36,431 bases of DNA from a virus (IMGVR_UViG_3300032330_001469:1-36431); one strand, 5' to 3'; shown: positions 15,565 to 25,462, counted from the first letter of the stretch. Notes: a model not told the origin generated them from the sequence alone. Translations and numbers: made by a program.

Positions 15565-15963
15565 ATGGCCAGCAACGCATCAACCGGCGTCGGCGCGGTC
15601 CAGGGCGACCGATCCGAAGACCTGGGGCACCATAGCCACCTTCCGCCGCTGATCCGCGAGCTGGTGGCTGACTGCGCGCTGAAGCTCCCCTCCGGCCAGA
15701 TACTCGGCAAGCTGCGCCAGCTCCAGGCGCTGGCGGCGGCTGCCACGGCCAATCGCCGGCCGGCCGAAGACCCGGTCGCCCAGGTGGTGGCATGGATCAC
15801 CGAGTTCGAGGCGCGGCGCCTGCGCGAGACGGCGCGGCTGCCGTCGGTCGCCAGCGTGCTGCGCTCCGGCGGCCGGCGCTACCGCACCCATCGCCACGTC
15901 ATGGGTGAGCCGACGGCTGCCCAGCTTCGCCGGTGGGCGCTCCTCGACAAGCGGCGCGCATGA
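15565..15963 (+). CDS. Hypothetical protein (possibly remote DUF6525-like)
   Basis: GGAGG SD; LPPLIRELVADCAL; coupled to TerS. Confidence 0.6.
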   Translation: MASNASTGVGAVQGDRSEDLGHHSHLPPLIRELVADCALKLPSGQILGKLRQLQALAAAATANRRPAEDPVAQVVAWITEFEARRLRETARLPSVASVLRSGGRRYRTHRHVMGEPTAAQLRRWALLDKRRA

Positions 15964-16583
15964 TCGACTGGGCCTCGATCCGCGCCGACTATGAGGCCGG
16001 CGCCTATCCCGGCAACGCCAGCCTGGGCAAGGCGTATGGCGTCAGCGGTGAGGGCATCCGCAAACGGGCGATCAAGGAGGGCTGGAGCAAGGCCCTGGCC
16101 GGCGCCACCCAGGTGATCCGCAAGGCGGCGCAGGAGACGCGCGACGACGAGCCGCTGCCCACCGTCATGGCGATCACCGGCCTGCGCCCCGAGCAGGCCA
16201 CCCAGGCGGTGCAGACAGCCGCCGCCGCCCAGGTCGAGGTGATCCGGCAGCACCGCGCCACCATCGCCCGCGACACGACCTTCTGCGACGGCCTGATGGG
16301 CTACCTCCAGCTCGCGGTGCAGACCAACCCGCCCGACACCGTGTTGCAGGTCGACAGCCTCGCCGAGACGTTCGAGAAGCTGGTGCGCTGCCGCGAGCGG
16401 CTGGTGCGGATGGAGCGGGTGGCCTTCGGCATGAACGGCACTGAGGGTGATGCCCGCGAGGATGGCGTAAAACTGACCGACGAGCAGCAGGAGGCGTTGC
16501 GTGAAGCGATCAAGGCGCGCTTCGGTCGTGGTATGGTCATCGACGGCTCAGCAACGGAGATGGCTCAATGCGCGACTTCCTGA
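15960..16583 (+). CDS. Probable terminase small subunit
   Basis: N-terminal HTH IDWASIRADYEAG...LGKAYGVSGEGIRKRAIKEGWSK; ERVAFGM; upstream of TerL. Confidence 0.75.
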   Translation: MIDWASIRADYEAGAYPGNASLGKAYGVSGEGIRKRAIKEGWSKALAGATQVIRKAAQETRDDEPLPTVMAITGLRPEQATQAVQTAAAAQVEVIRQHRATIARDTTFCDGLMGYLQLAVQTNPPDTVLQVDSLAETFEKLVRCRERLVRMERVAFGMNGTEGDAREDGVKLTDEQQEALREAIKARFGRGMVIDGSATEMAQCATS

Positions 16584-16651
16584 TCGAGATAGCTCTGGCC
16601 GTCGTGATCGGCAGCGCGACAGGCGCCATCGCGCGCTGGCTGATCTGCTGA
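16568..16651 (+). CDS. 27-aa single-TM peptide
   Basis: GGAG SD; MRDFLIEIALAVVIGSATGAIARWLIC. Confidence 0.45.
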   Translation: MRDFLIEIALAVVIGSATGAIARWLIC

Positions 16652-16719
16652 TGAGCGTCATCGTCTGGTTGGCCGTCTGCTGGGCCTCGGCGGTCATCAC
16701 GATCTGGGCGATGGGATGA
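16651..16719 (+). CDS. 22-aa hydrophobic peptide
   Basis: TGATG coupling; MSVIVWLAVCWASAVITIWAMG. Confidence 0.4.
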   Translation: MSVIVWLAVCWASAVITIWAMG

Positions 16720-16729
16720 CGGCCGGCCG

Positions 16730-18256
16730 GTGACCAGCATCTTCGACCGGCAGGTCACGCCCGACGAGATACAGGCGCTCTGCCGCAGCGACCTCGCCTT
16801 CTACACCTCGCTGTTCTTCCCCAAGTTCCGCGTCGCCCGGCACCATCAGCGCATCGCTGATGTGCTGAACGACGTGGCGGCTGGAAAGAAGAAGCGGGTG
16901 ATCCTGACCATGCCGCCCCGGCATGGGAAGTCGCTGCTGGCCTCGCAGCACTTCCCGGCGTGGTATCTGGGCAAGCACCCAGACCGCGAGCTGATCTGCG
17001 CCACCTACAGCCAGGACAAGGCCGACGACTGGGGGCGCGAGGTCCGCAATCAGGTCACCGACCCGCTCTACAATCTGGTCTTCCCCGGCGTCACGCTGCG
17101 GAAGGACAGCGCGGCGGCGCGGCGCTTCAAGACCCCGCAGCAGGGCGGCTACTTCGCGGCGGGCCGCAACAGCCCGATCACCGGCCGTGGCGCCTCGGTG
17201 CTGATCGTCGACGACATCATCAAGGGCGATGAGGAGGCCGACAGCGAGCGCATCCGCACCAAGGTCAAAAACTGGTGGGGGTCGGTGGCCTACACCCGCC
17301 TGACGCCCGACGGCGCCATCGTGCTGATCGGCACCCGCTGGCATGAGGATGACCTGATCGGCTTCGTCACCAGGGAACACAAGGATGAGGACTGGGAAGT
17401 CGTGGACTTCCCGGCGATCACGCCAGACGGCCAGCCGTTGTGGCCCGAGCGCTTCCCCATCGAGCATCTTCGCCGGATCAAGCGGGCGCTGAGTGATCGC
17501 CACTGGACCGCACTCTACCAGCAGAGGCCCTACAGCGAGGATGGCGCGGTGGTGAAGCGCCACTGGTGGCAGCCCTGGCTGACGCCGCTGGAGGCGACCG
17601 AGCCGGAGTTCATCGTCATCAGCCTCGACACCGCCTACACCAAGGAGGTGCAGAACGACCGCACCGCCTGCACGGTCTGGTGGGTGGTCAGGGGCGAGGA
17701 CATGCGCGCCCGCTTCCTGCTGCGCTACGCCTGGGCCGAGCGCCTGGAGTTCTCCAGCCTGATGGAGAAGCTGGAGGACACCGCGCACCACTTCGGCCGG
17801 CGCGGCGTGCCGATGCGGGTGGTGATCGAGGGCAAGGCCAGCGGCAAGAGCGTCATTCAGGAGCTGCGCCGCCGCCAGCCGGAGATGAATGTGGTCGAGC
17901 TGCCGGCCTCGACCGACAAGTTCGCCCGCGCCTACAGCGTCCAGACCTTCATGGAGCATGGCAGCGTCTGCGCGGTGGCCAAGCTTGAGCCGCGCGGGGT
18001 CAAGGATACCGCGCTGCGCCGCGACTTCCCCGACCGCCAGGATGACCACGGCAGCGACCCGGTGTTCCGGCCCTGGGCGCAGGAGTGCATCGACGAGTGC
18101 GCCGCCTTCCCGCGTGGCAGGCATGACGACTACCTCGACTCGGTGACGCATGGCCTACGGCACTTGCGCGAGCTGGGCTTCGAGCTGTTCGTCGAGGACG
18201 ATCCGCCGCCGGTCATGCCGGGCGGCAGCGACCCCAAGGAGGCCGCGCTCTACTGA
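16730..18256 (+). CDS. terL: Terminase large subunit
   Basis: Walker A MPPRHGKS, ITGRGASVLIVDDIIK, GTRWHEDD, nuclease SLDTA...D.TA, IEGKASG, FPRGRHDDYLDS. Confidence 0.97.
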   Translation: MTSIFDRQVTPDEIQALCRSDLAFYTSLFFPKFRVARHHQRIADVLNDVAAGKKKRVILTMPPRHGKSLLASQHFPAWYLGKHPDRELICATYSQDKADDWGREVRNQVTDPLYNLVFPGVTLRKDSAAARRFKTPQQGGYFAAGRNSPITGRGASVLIVDDIIKGDEEADSERIRTKVKNWWGSVAYTRLTPDGAIVLIGTRWHEDDLIGFVTREHKDEDWEVVDFPAITPDGQPLWPERFPIEHLRRIKRALSDRHWTALYQQRPYSEDGAVVKRHWWQPWLTPLEATEPEFIVISLDTAYTKEVQNDRTACTVWWVVRGEDMRARFLLRYAWAERLEFSSLMEKLEDTAHHFGRRGVPMRVVIEGKASGKSVIQELRRRQPEMNVVELPASTDKFARAYSVQTFMEHGSVCAVAKLEPRGVKDTALRRDFPDRQDDHGSDPVFRPWAQECIDECAAFPRGRHDDYLDSVTHGLRHLRELGFELFVEDDPPPVMPGGSDPKEAALY

Positions 18257-18370
18257 GCATCGGCGGTAGAATACCTGCTGCCAGCTCTCAACTCCCCGTG
18301 CTATAGGCCATCCCTCTACCGGATTGACCTGGGTCGCCGGCGACGCCGACGGCCCACTAGGGGACGCAGC

Positions 18371-18598
18371 ATGAGCGAGACATCGACCACCGACGCGCCG
18401 GCCGACGCCGCGCAGACCTCCGAGCAGATCGCCGCCATCGCCGCCGCCAGCGCCAACCAGCCGCCCGTGGAACAGGCCGACGCGCCGGCCGAGGGTGACG
18501 CCACCGCCCCCGTGCCGCTGCCGCCCTGCCTGGAGGCGCGGCTGGCCGGCATCGAGGCCCAGATCGCCGACATCCGCGTCGTCTGCGGCCTGCGCTAA
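18371..18598 (+). CDS. Small acidic hypothetical protein
   Basis: AGGGG SD; lies between TerL and portal. Confidence 0.6.
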   Translation: MSETSTTDAPADAAQTSEQIAAIAAASANQPPVEQADAPAEGDATAPVPLPPCLEARLAGIEAQIADIRVVCGLR

Positions 18599-18603
18599 CC
18601 CCG

Positions 18604-21315
18604 ATGAGCGGGAGCATGCCGCAGGGGCTGGGCGCGGCCCAGGGCGCCCCGTCGCCCCAGCAACCCCAGCCTCAGCAGCAGGCCCCGCAGCCGCCCCAGG
18701 GCGGCATGCCGCAGGCGCCAGCCTCGGCCGAGATGGCTGCCGAGTTGACGCCGCAGCAGCTCCAGCAGCTCGGCGGCGCCCAGGCGGTCGAGCAGCCCGA
18801 TGGCTCGCTGGCCTTGGTGGTCGAAGACCCGACCGATGTGGGCATCTCGCCCGGTGCCCATGGCGACAACCTCGCCGAGGTGTTGGATGAGGACGCGCTG
18901 CAATGGATCGCCGAGGAGGTGCTGGATGGCATCGAGGTCGACAAGGAGAGCGTGGTCGAGCATCGCGCCACCCTGACGGCCGGCATGCAGTACCTGGGCC
19001 TGAAGGTGCAGCGGCTCGACAAGCCGTTCAACGGCAGCAGCGGCGCGGTGCATCCGATGCTGCTGATCGCCGCCGTGCGCTGGACCTCGACATCGCGGGC
19101 CGAGATGCTGCCCGCCGCCGGCCCGGCGCGCTGCGAGGTGATCGGCGACAAGACCCCGGAGATTGAGGCCAAGGCCCGCCGCAAGCAGGACTTCCTGAAC
19201 TTCTACCTGACGGCGGTCGATGAGGGCTACTACGACGACTTCGACAGGGGGAACCTGATCCTCGGCCTTTGCGGCAGCATCTTCCGCAAGGTCTACCGCG
19301 ACCCTGTCACCGGCCAGCCGCGCAGCCGCTTCCTGACCCCGTTCAACCTGCTGGTGAGCGACGACGCCGTCGACCTCCAGAGCGCGCCGCGCATCACCTT
19401 CGAGGATGAGGTGGCGCAGGCCGAGATGTCGCGCCGCATGTGGAGCGGCTACTACCGGCGCCTGGAGCTGGGCGACCCGATGGCGGCCAGCAGCAGCCGC
19501 GCCAAGGACACCACGACCGGCATCAAGAAGACCACCGACGCGCGCTTCGCATCCTACGAGATTGTCGAGGCCCAGGTGCTGCTGGATGTCGATCATCCCG
19601 ACCTCGCCCACCTCGACGCCCAGGGCGAGCCGGATGGCCTGCCGCTGCCCTGGCTGGTCACCATCGAGGTCGGCACCCGCCGCGTGCTGCGGCTGGAGCG
19701 CGACTGGCGCGAGGGCGACCCGCTGTTCCGCCGGCGCGAGATTTACAGCCACTACAAGTTCCACCCCGGCCAGGGCTTCTATGGCTGGGGCCTGATCCAC
19801 ATGATGGCGGCCACCACCGACACCGCCAGCGTGTTGTGGCGACAGGCGATCAACGCCGTGACGCTGTTCAGCTTCCCCGGCGGGTTGCGGAAGAAGGGCG
19901 CGCGGCCCGAGGACAGCTCGATCACCGTCGGGCCTGGGCAGTTCAAGGAGATAGACACCGGCGGCGGCTCCATTCAGGAGGCCGTCATGCCGATGCCCTA
20001 CCGCGACGTGCCGACCTCATGGGCGGCGCTGATCGAGAGCGTGGTCGGCATGGGCCAGCAGCTCGGCAACACCACCGAGTTGCAGGTCGGCGAGGGTCGC
20101 CAGGACGCTCCCGTCGGCACCACGGTCGCCATGATCGAGCAGGCCATGCGCCCCGAGGCCGCCACCCTCCAGCGCTGCCACACCGCGCAGCGCAAGGAGC
20201 TGCGGATGCTGTCGCGGCTGTTCGCCGAGGATGAGGGCGCGACCTACCCCTACGTGGTCAACGGCCAGAAGGGGCAGGCGATGGCGCAGGACTTCGCCGA
20301 CGCCGACGACATCGTGCCGGTCAGCGACCCCAACATCCCGACCCAGGTGCAGCGGCTGGCCCGCGCGCAGGGCAAGTTGCAGATGGCGATGCAGAGCAAC
20401 GGCCTGATGGACGTGAAGGCCGCGCTCGAAGACATGCTCCGCACGCTGGGGTGCAGCGACAACGAGATCAAGCGGCTGATGCCGCCGCATGACGACATCA
20501 AGCCGGCCGACCCGGTGACCGAGTTCGCCCACATCCTGACCGGGCAGAAGGTGGTTGCTGGCCTCCAGCAGAGCCATCAGGCGCACCTCATGGCGCACAT
20601 CGGCCAGCTCCAGATACCGGGCCTGCCGCCGCAGATCACCCAGCAGCTCATGGCGCATTGCGGCGAGCATCTGGCGATGCTCTACGCCGCCGAGTTCGTC
20701 GCCGCGACCGGCATCCAGTTCGTGCCTGGGCAGCCGCTGCCGCCGCAGATCGAGATGCAGGTCAGCGCCGCCGTGGCCGCCGTCAGCGACGCCATCCTGG
20801 CCAAGATCGAGCCGATCACCGGCGGGGCCAATGGCGACCCGACGAAGATGGCTGAGTTGGAGGTCAAGCGCGACGAGCTGGCCTTCAAGCGCGAGAAGAT
20901 GGCGACCGACGTGGCCGAGGGTCAGCGCAAGACCGAGGCGTCGTCGCGCCAGGATGCCATGGAGGCGATACGCGATCAGGCCGAGGCCGCCGAGGATGCG
21001 CGCGACCGCGAGCTGAAGGTGCGCGAGATTACGGCCAAGGTGCTGCTGGAGCATATCAAGGCCGGCATCAACGCCGACCGCATCCAGGCCACGCTGCATC
21101 AGGCCGGCCTCACCGCCTATCAGGCGCAGGCCAGCGCCCAGGTGGCGGCACACAACACCCAGCAGGCGCACCTCGCCACGATCCAGTCGGGCCATGGCCT
21201 GGAGGTTGCCCGCGAGGCGACCAAGCAGCACGGCCTGAAGGTCACCATCGCCAAGCATGCCGCGAAGAAGGCTGCCCAGCCCGCCAAGGCTCCGGCCGCC
21301 AAGGGGAAGAAGTGA
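18604..21315 (+). CDS. Portal protein (long, coiled-coil C-terminus)
   Basis: 903 aa after TerL; PFNGSSGAVHPML, GSIFRKVY, PGQGFYGWGLIH, APVGTTVAMIEQ, VPVSDPN. Confidence 0.85.
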   Translation: MSGSMPQGLGAAQGAPSPQQPQPQQQAPQPPQGGMPQAPASAEMAAELTPQQLQQLGGAQAVEQPDGSLALVVEDPTDVGISPGAHGDNLAEVLDEDALQWIAEEVLDGIEVDKESVVEHRATLTAGMQYLGLKVQRLDKPFNGSSGAVHPMLLIAAVRWTSTSRAEMLPAAGPARCEVIGDKTPEIEAKARRKQDFLNFYLTAVDEGYYDDFDRGNLILGLCGSIFRKVYRDPVTGQPRSRFLTPFNLLVSDDAVDLQSAPRITFEDEVAQAEMSRRMWSGYYRRLELGDPMAASSSRAKDTTTGIKKTTDARFASYEIVEAQVLLDVDHPDLAHLDAQGEPDGLPLPWLVTIEVGTRRVLRLERDWREGDPLFRRREIYSHYKFHPGQGFYGWGLIHMMAATTDTASVLWRQAINAVTLFSFPGGLRKKGARPEDSSITVGPGQFKEIDTGGGSIQEAVMPMPYRDVPTSWAALIESVVGMGQQLGNTTELQVGEGRQDAPVGTTVAMIEQAMRPEAATLQRCHTAQRKELRMLSRLFAEDEGATYPYVVNGQKGQAMAQDFADADDIVPVSDPNIPTQVQRLARAQGKLQMAMQSNGLMDVKAALEDMLRTLGCSDNEIKRLMPPHDDIKPADPVTEFAHILTGQKVVAGLQQSHQAHLMAHIGQLQIPGLPPQITQQLMAHCGEHLAMLYAAEFVAATGIQFVPGQPLPPQIEMQVSAAVAAVSDAILAKIEPITGGANGDPTKMAELEVKRDELAFKREKMATDVAEGQRKTEASSRQDAMEAIRDQAEAAEDARDRELKVREITAKVLLEHIKAGINADRIQATLHQAGLTAYQAQASAQVAAHNTQQAHLATIQSGHGLEVAREATKQHGLKVTIAKHAAKKAAQPAKAPAAKGKK

Positions 21316-21623
21316 TGGCCAGCACACCGCGCACCCGCCGCCAGCGCCCCGGCTTCAGCCCGCCCGAGGTCAAGGCCGGGCGTGGCCCCATGGTGCGTGC
21401 CGCCAGCGCGCCGCCGCCGACGCCGAAGCTGAACCTGCTGCCGCCGCCGACCAGCACCCGGCGGCGCACCGGCGCGGCGGCATCACCGAACACGCTGGAG
21501 CCGCGCACCGCCGGCGGGGGCCAGGATGCCGTCGCCGACCCTTCCGAGGCCGCCTTCTCGGCGGGCGGTGAGGTGCGGGTGAACAACTCCGGCCGGCCCA
21601 AGGGGGGCAAGATGCCATGCTGA
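21315..21623 (+). CDS. Small basic low-complexity protein with FSAGGEV..NNSGR motif
   Basis: Coupled to the portal stop; shares its C-terminal motif with ORFs at 31.7-32.9 kb. Confidence 0.6.
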   Translation: MASTPRTRRQRPGFSPPEVKAGRGPMVRAASAPPPTPKLNLLPPPTSTRRRTGAAASPNTLEPRTAGGGQDAVADPSEAAFSAGGEVRVNNSGRPKGGKMPC

Positions 21624-21868
21624 ACCAACCCAAGTTGCGGCCCTGGCTGCTGTCGACCGTCGCGCGCTCGGTGTTCCCGGTCGCCGAGATGTCGGCCGCC
21701 TTCGTGCGTCGCATCTCGCAGCCGCTGTTCCTGCCGGCCGGCATCTATGTGCCCGGCCCGCGCGGCGACCGCCTGCGCTCGCTGCTGCCGGCGCCGCCGA
21801 CGATCCCCTTCGTCTGGGGCGACCTGGGTGGCTTCTGGCGCAGCATCGGCCAGCAGCACGTCGCGTGA
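21617..21868 (+). CDS. Hypothetical protein
   Basis: Overlapping start/stop on both sides. Confidence 0.5.
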   Translation: MLNQPKLRPWLLSTVARSVFPVAEMSAAFVRRISQPLFLPAGIYVPGPRGDRLRSLLPAPPTIPFVWGDLGGFWRSIGQQHVA

Positions 21869-22077
21869 GCGCCGATCTGATCCGCCGGGTCATCCGCACG
21901 CTGCGCGAAAAGCGCCGCATGGAGGGGGATGAGCTGGCGCGCGGCGGGGCCAAGGACTTCGCCGAGTACAAGTTCCGCGCAGGCCGCATCGACGGCTTCG
22001 TGGAGGCTGAGCGCGAGCTGCTGGAGCTGATCGACCCAGAATCGCGGAAGACCCTCGATCAAGGTGGTGACCAATGA
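21865..22077 (+). CDS. Small head-module protein
   Basis: LARGGAKDFAEYKFRAGRIDG helical hairpin, a type I recall preceding phage GroES genes. Confidence 0.7.
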   Translation: MSADLIRRVIRTLREKRRMEGDELARGGAKDFAEYKFRAGRIDGFVEAERELLELIDPESRKTLDQGGDQ

Positions 22078-22499
22078 AGCTCGATGACATCCCCGAGGAC
22101 GTGCAGGCCCGCGCGCCCCACCTGATGGCGGCGATGCGCGCCGCCGGCCTGGAGCTGCCCGACCCAGAGGGCTGGCAGCTCCTCTGCCTCCAGTACGTGC
22201 GCCCCGAGAACCAGAAGTCGTCGGGCGGCATCATCATGCCGACGATGGTGGTCAAGGAAGACGAGTACCAGGGCCGCATCGGGCTGGTGCTGGCGACCGG
22301 GCAGAACTGCTGGAGCGACACCGCGCGCTTCCCGACCGGGCCGCGCTGCATGCCGGGCGACGCCATCATCTGGCCCTCGGCCGGCGCCGCCGCGCAGCGC
22401 TTCAAGTGGGGTGGCGTGCAGTTGACCTTGATCCCCGACACCTCGGTGCTGGCCACGGTGCCGGCCGACGTGGACCTGGGCAAGGTGGTGGGCGGCTGA
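22074..22499 (+). CDS. GroES/Cpn10-like co-chaperonin
   Basis: P.GWQLL...KSSGGIIMP...GLVLATG...RFPTGPRCMPGD...IPDTSVLA. Confidence 0.8.
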   Translation: MKLDDIPEDVQARAPHLMAAMRAAGLELPDPEGWQLLCLQYVRPENQKSSGGIIMPTMVVKEDEYQGRIGLVLATGQNCWSDTARFPTGPRCMPGDAIIWPSAGAAAQRFKWGGVQLTLIPDTSVLATVPADVDLGKVVGG

Positions 22500-22828
22500 T
22501 GGACCCGTCCATGTATCAAGGCATGCGCTTCGGGCATGCCATCAGCGCCATGGAGGCCGGCATGCGCGTGCGCCGCGCCGGGTGGAACGGCAAAGGCATG
22601 TGGCTGGCGCTGGTGAAGCCGCCGCCCTTCCGCTTCTGCTTGGCGCAGCCGATGCGGGTGCTGGCGCAGGCCGAGGCCACGGTGCCGTACTACGCCGAGG
22701 CCGGCATCGCCTTGCCGCCGACGATCATCATGCGCGCCGCCGACGGCAGCCATGTGGCGTGGTTGGCCAGCCAGACCGACATCCTGGCGCGGGACTGGGA
22801 AACCGTCGACGAGAGGGAGCCGCTGTAA
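22499..22828 (+). CDS. tad2: DUF2829 / Tad2-family protein (putative immune-signal sponge)
   Basis: MRFGHAISAMEAGMRVRRAGWNGKGMWL...IMRAADGSHVAWLASQTDILARDW. Confidence 0.85.
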   Translation: MDPSMYQGMRFGHAISAMEAGMRVRRAGWNGKGMWLALVKPPPFRFCLAQPMRVLAQAEATVPYYAEAGIALPPTIIMRAADGSHVAWLASQTDILARDWETVDEREPL

Positions 22829-22965
22829 TGGCCGAGCTGCTGGTGATCCCCATGCCAGTGCGCGACCACCTTCGGTTCACCACGCTGGAGTGGTCGCCGG
22901 TGCGCGTGGTGCGGGACACCGACGCCGTCGAGCGGCAGTTGTTGGCCGACAAGGAGCCAGCATGA
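22828..22965 (+). CDS. Small hypothetical protein (45 aa)
   Basis: TAATG coupling, GGAG SD. Confidence 0.45.
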   Translation: MAELLVIPMPVRDHLRFTTLEWSPVRVVRDTDAVERQLLADKEPA

Positions 22966-23444
22966 CCCGCCGCCGCGTCACCCCGTCGACGCCGGAGCCG
23001 CGCGTCGACATCGAGGCCCAGGTGCGCGCCATGCGCGACCCGAAGCACCCGAAGGACGCCGTCTTCGTGGCGGCCGGCAACGAGGACGCGCTGCCCGCCG
23101 GCCGGGCGCGCGGCGAGCGCCGGGTGCAGACCGAGGATGGCACCCTGCTGACCAACAACGCCGAGAAGGCCCGCGCCTTTGGGCGTGGCGTCGACGACGC
23201 GCAGATGGCCCGCATGCTGGGCTACCCGCAGCCGAAGGACGCCGCCATCGTGCCGGGCGTCAGCGTCGTGCAGGCGCGCGACCGGGCCGGCGCGGTGGTA
23301 TCCGAGGCGGTGGCATCGCCAGACGCCGTCGGCCGCACGGCGAAGGCGCTGAAGCGGCAGATGCCGGAGGGTGGCAGCGTGGTGCGTGGCACGCCTCAGG
23401 CCATGCAGGCGCGTCGGCAGGCGCTGCGGGGGCGCGGCGAATGA
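22962..23444 (+). CDS. Hypothetical protein
   Basis: AGGAG SD, ATGA overlap. Confidence 0.65.
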   Translation: MTRRRVTPSTPEPRVDIEAQVRAMRDPKHPKDAVFVAAGNEDALPAGRARGERRVQTEDGTLLTNNAEKARAFGRGVDDAQMARMLGYPQPKDAAIVPGVSVVQARDRAGAVVSEAVASPDAVGRTAKALKRQMPEGGSVVRGTPQAMQARRQALRGRGE

Positions 23445-23695
23445 GCATGCAGCATAGCACCAGGGCGAGCCTGACCCACCCGGAAACCCAGCAGGCCATG
23501 CTGGAGGGCATCGAGCGGAACATCCGCGCGAAGCTGCGCGAGCGCATCATCGCCGCCATTGAGCCGGAGATTGCGGCTGCCATCGACGATGTCATCCGCG
23601 ACATGAAGCCGGCGATCCAGAGCTTCCTTGAACCGGAGCAGGGCAGGCTGGTCATCAACCTCATCCTCCAGGGGAGGATCAAGGATGCCGGCTGA
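23441..23695 (+). CDS. Hypothetical protein
   Basis: Coupled; helical. Confidence 0.6.
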   Translation: MSMQHSTRASLTHPETQQAMLEGIERNIRAKLRERIIAAIEPEIAAAIDDVIRDMKPAIQSFLEPEQGRLVINLILQGRIKDAG

Positions 23696-24074
23696 CACCA
23701 AGGCCATCGAGGCGCTGATCCTCGCCACCCTGCGCGCCCGCTACAAGGTGCAGATGGGCCGCGATGATGGCCGCAGCGAGTGCGGCCGGGCCTACAGCAT
23801 GTTCTCGACCTCCTGCACCGTCGCGCCGCGCGCCGATCTGGTGGTCAAGAGCGCCTGGGTCACCCGCTCCATCGACGAGCTGCTGGACGCGGTAGGCCCC
23901 GACACCCGCCATGGCCTGCTGGTGATCCGCACCAACGGGGTCGTCGTCGAAGACCTGACAGCGGGCGCCGAGAACGCCCCGGCGTGGCGGCTGCGCTTCC
24001 TGCTGCACGCGCATGGCTCCAGCTATGAGGAGTGGCAGGCCGTACAACGCAAGCTGCGCGAGGAGGTGCTGTAG
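23685..24074 (+). CDS. Hypothetical protein
   Basis: GGAGG SD. Confidence 0.6.
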   Translation: MPADTKAIEALILATLRARYKVQMGRDDGRSECGRAYSMFSTSCTVAPRADLVVKSAWVTRSIDELLDAVGPDTRHGLLVIRTNGVVVEDLTAGAENAPAWRLRFLLHAHGSSYEEWQAVQRKLREEVL

Positions 24075-24463
24075 TGGCTGAAGACCTCGATGCCTGGGGG
24101 TCGGGGCTGACCGCCGACCAACCCAAGGAACTCACCCCGGAAGCGCCGCCAGCCGCGCCTTTGCCGGCGGATGAGGCGGCCAAGGAACTCGGCCCCACGC
24201 CGGAGGAGTTGCAGGCGCAGCGCGATGCGGCCGAGCAGGGCTACTGCAAGCAGCAGCTCCGGCGGGTGCTGGAGCGGGCCAAGAGCGACCTGTCGCTGAA
24301 GCCCTACGCCTACCCGATGATGGACGCCTCGGCGATCTGGACCCGCACCCTGGCCGGCTGCCGTGGCGACCTGCCGGATGGCCGGTTCTGCGAGATTGAC
24401 CGCGATGAGGTGCGCTTCGGCAACATCAAGTTCGCCGGCAGCCGCAGGACGCCGCTGACATGA
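24074..24463 (+). CDS. Hypothetical protein
   Basis: GGAGG SD, TAGTG coupling. Confidence 0.6.
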   Translation: MAEDLDAWGSGLTADQPKELTPEAPPAAPLPADEAAKELGPTPEELQAQRDAAEQGYCKQQLRRVLERAKSDLSLKPYAYPMMDASAIWTRTLAGCRGDLPDGRFCEIDRDEVRFGNIKFAGSRRTPLT

Positions 24464-24828
24464 GCGGGCATAGCCTCGATTGCGCCACCCAGGGCGGCCC
24501 TGGCGTTGCCTGCGGCCCCTGCGACTGCGGCGCCGAGCGGGAAGCCGCCAGCAAGCCGGCGCTGCGGGTGGTGCAGCTATATGAGCGCAGCCTGCGCGAC
24601 GTGCCGGCCCAGCTTCGCCACATGGCCGACGACATCGAGGCCGGCCGGGTCGCGGGGCGCTCGGCGGTTCTGGTGGTGGAGACGGGGCCGAGCGAGGTCG
24701 ATGTCTGGGCCTGGGGCGACACCGACAACTGGCGCTGCGCCGGCATGCTCGCACTGGCCAGCAACATCGCCGCCAGCGGCGACGCGCCGATGCACCTGAT
24801 CGAGCCGTCGCCGGAGGGTGCGGCATGA
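24460..24828 (+). CDS. Hypothetical protein with an N-terminal His/Cys motif
   Basis: HSLDCA.....CGPCDCG; DVPAQLRHMADDIEAG. Confidence 0.65.
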   Translation: MSGHSLDCATQGGPGVACGPCDCGAEREAASKPALRVVQLYERSLRDVPAQLRHMADDIEAGRVAGRSAVLVVETGPSEVDVWAWGDTDNWRCAGMLALASNIAASGDAPMHLIEPSPEGAA

Positions 24829-25229
24829 CCTGGGATCACCCCACCGCCGCCGCGTGGCTGGCCCGGCGCGGCCCGCATGTGCGCGCCCGCATCCTGCGGC
24901 TGAACCCCAAGGGGCCAGTCACGGGCGAGTTGCTGCGCGGCTGGCACCGGAAGCGGACGGCTGATGACCTCCGCATCTGTTCGGGCGACATGACCAAGGC
25001 CGAGTTCATCCGCGCCTACGGTCGCCGCATCTGGGATGTGGTCAGCGCCCAGCGCCCCGACGCGCTGCGCTGGGATGGTCGACGCTGCCGGTTCAGCCGC
25101 TTCTTCGTCATCGACTACCGCGACGCGCTCGCCGCCCTGCGCGATGGCCGCATCGACGCCCTGCCCGGCCCGGCCACCCGCGTGATCCGCAAGCGCAGCA
25201 TCCGCCGCCAGACGGTGGCCTTGCCGTGA
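24825..25229 (+). CDS. Basic hypothetical protein
   Basis: GGAGG SD, ATGA overlap. Confidence 0.6.
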   Translation: MTWDHPTAAAWLARRGPHVRARILRLNPKGPVTGELLRGWHRKRTADDLRICSGDMTKAEFIRAYGRRIWDVVSAQRPDALRWDGRRCRFSRFFVIDYRDALAALRDGRIDALPGPATRVIRKRSIRRQTVALP

Positions 25230-25462
25230 CCCCCACCCCGAAGACCCTCGAAGACTTCCTGGGGGATGCCTACGCGCTGAGCCATGGCCTGCGCGACGGC
25301 AGCATCGAGGCCCTGGCCCAGGAGGTGGTGGCCAGCGGCCTGACCACCCAGGCCCTGACCGAGATGCGCGACCAACTCCGGCAGGTCGAGGGGCGATGCG
25401 TCGTCTCCCTCACTGGGCGGGCCTTCCTCGACCGCGTCTTGTCGGGTCGTGAGCTTGCGTAA
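25226..25462 (+). CDS. Hypothetical protein
   Basis: GTGA overlap. Confidence 0.55.
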   Translation: MTPTPKTLEDFLGDAYALSHGLRDGSIEALAQEVVASGLTTQALTEMRDQLRQVEGRCVVSLTGRAFLDRVLSGRELA

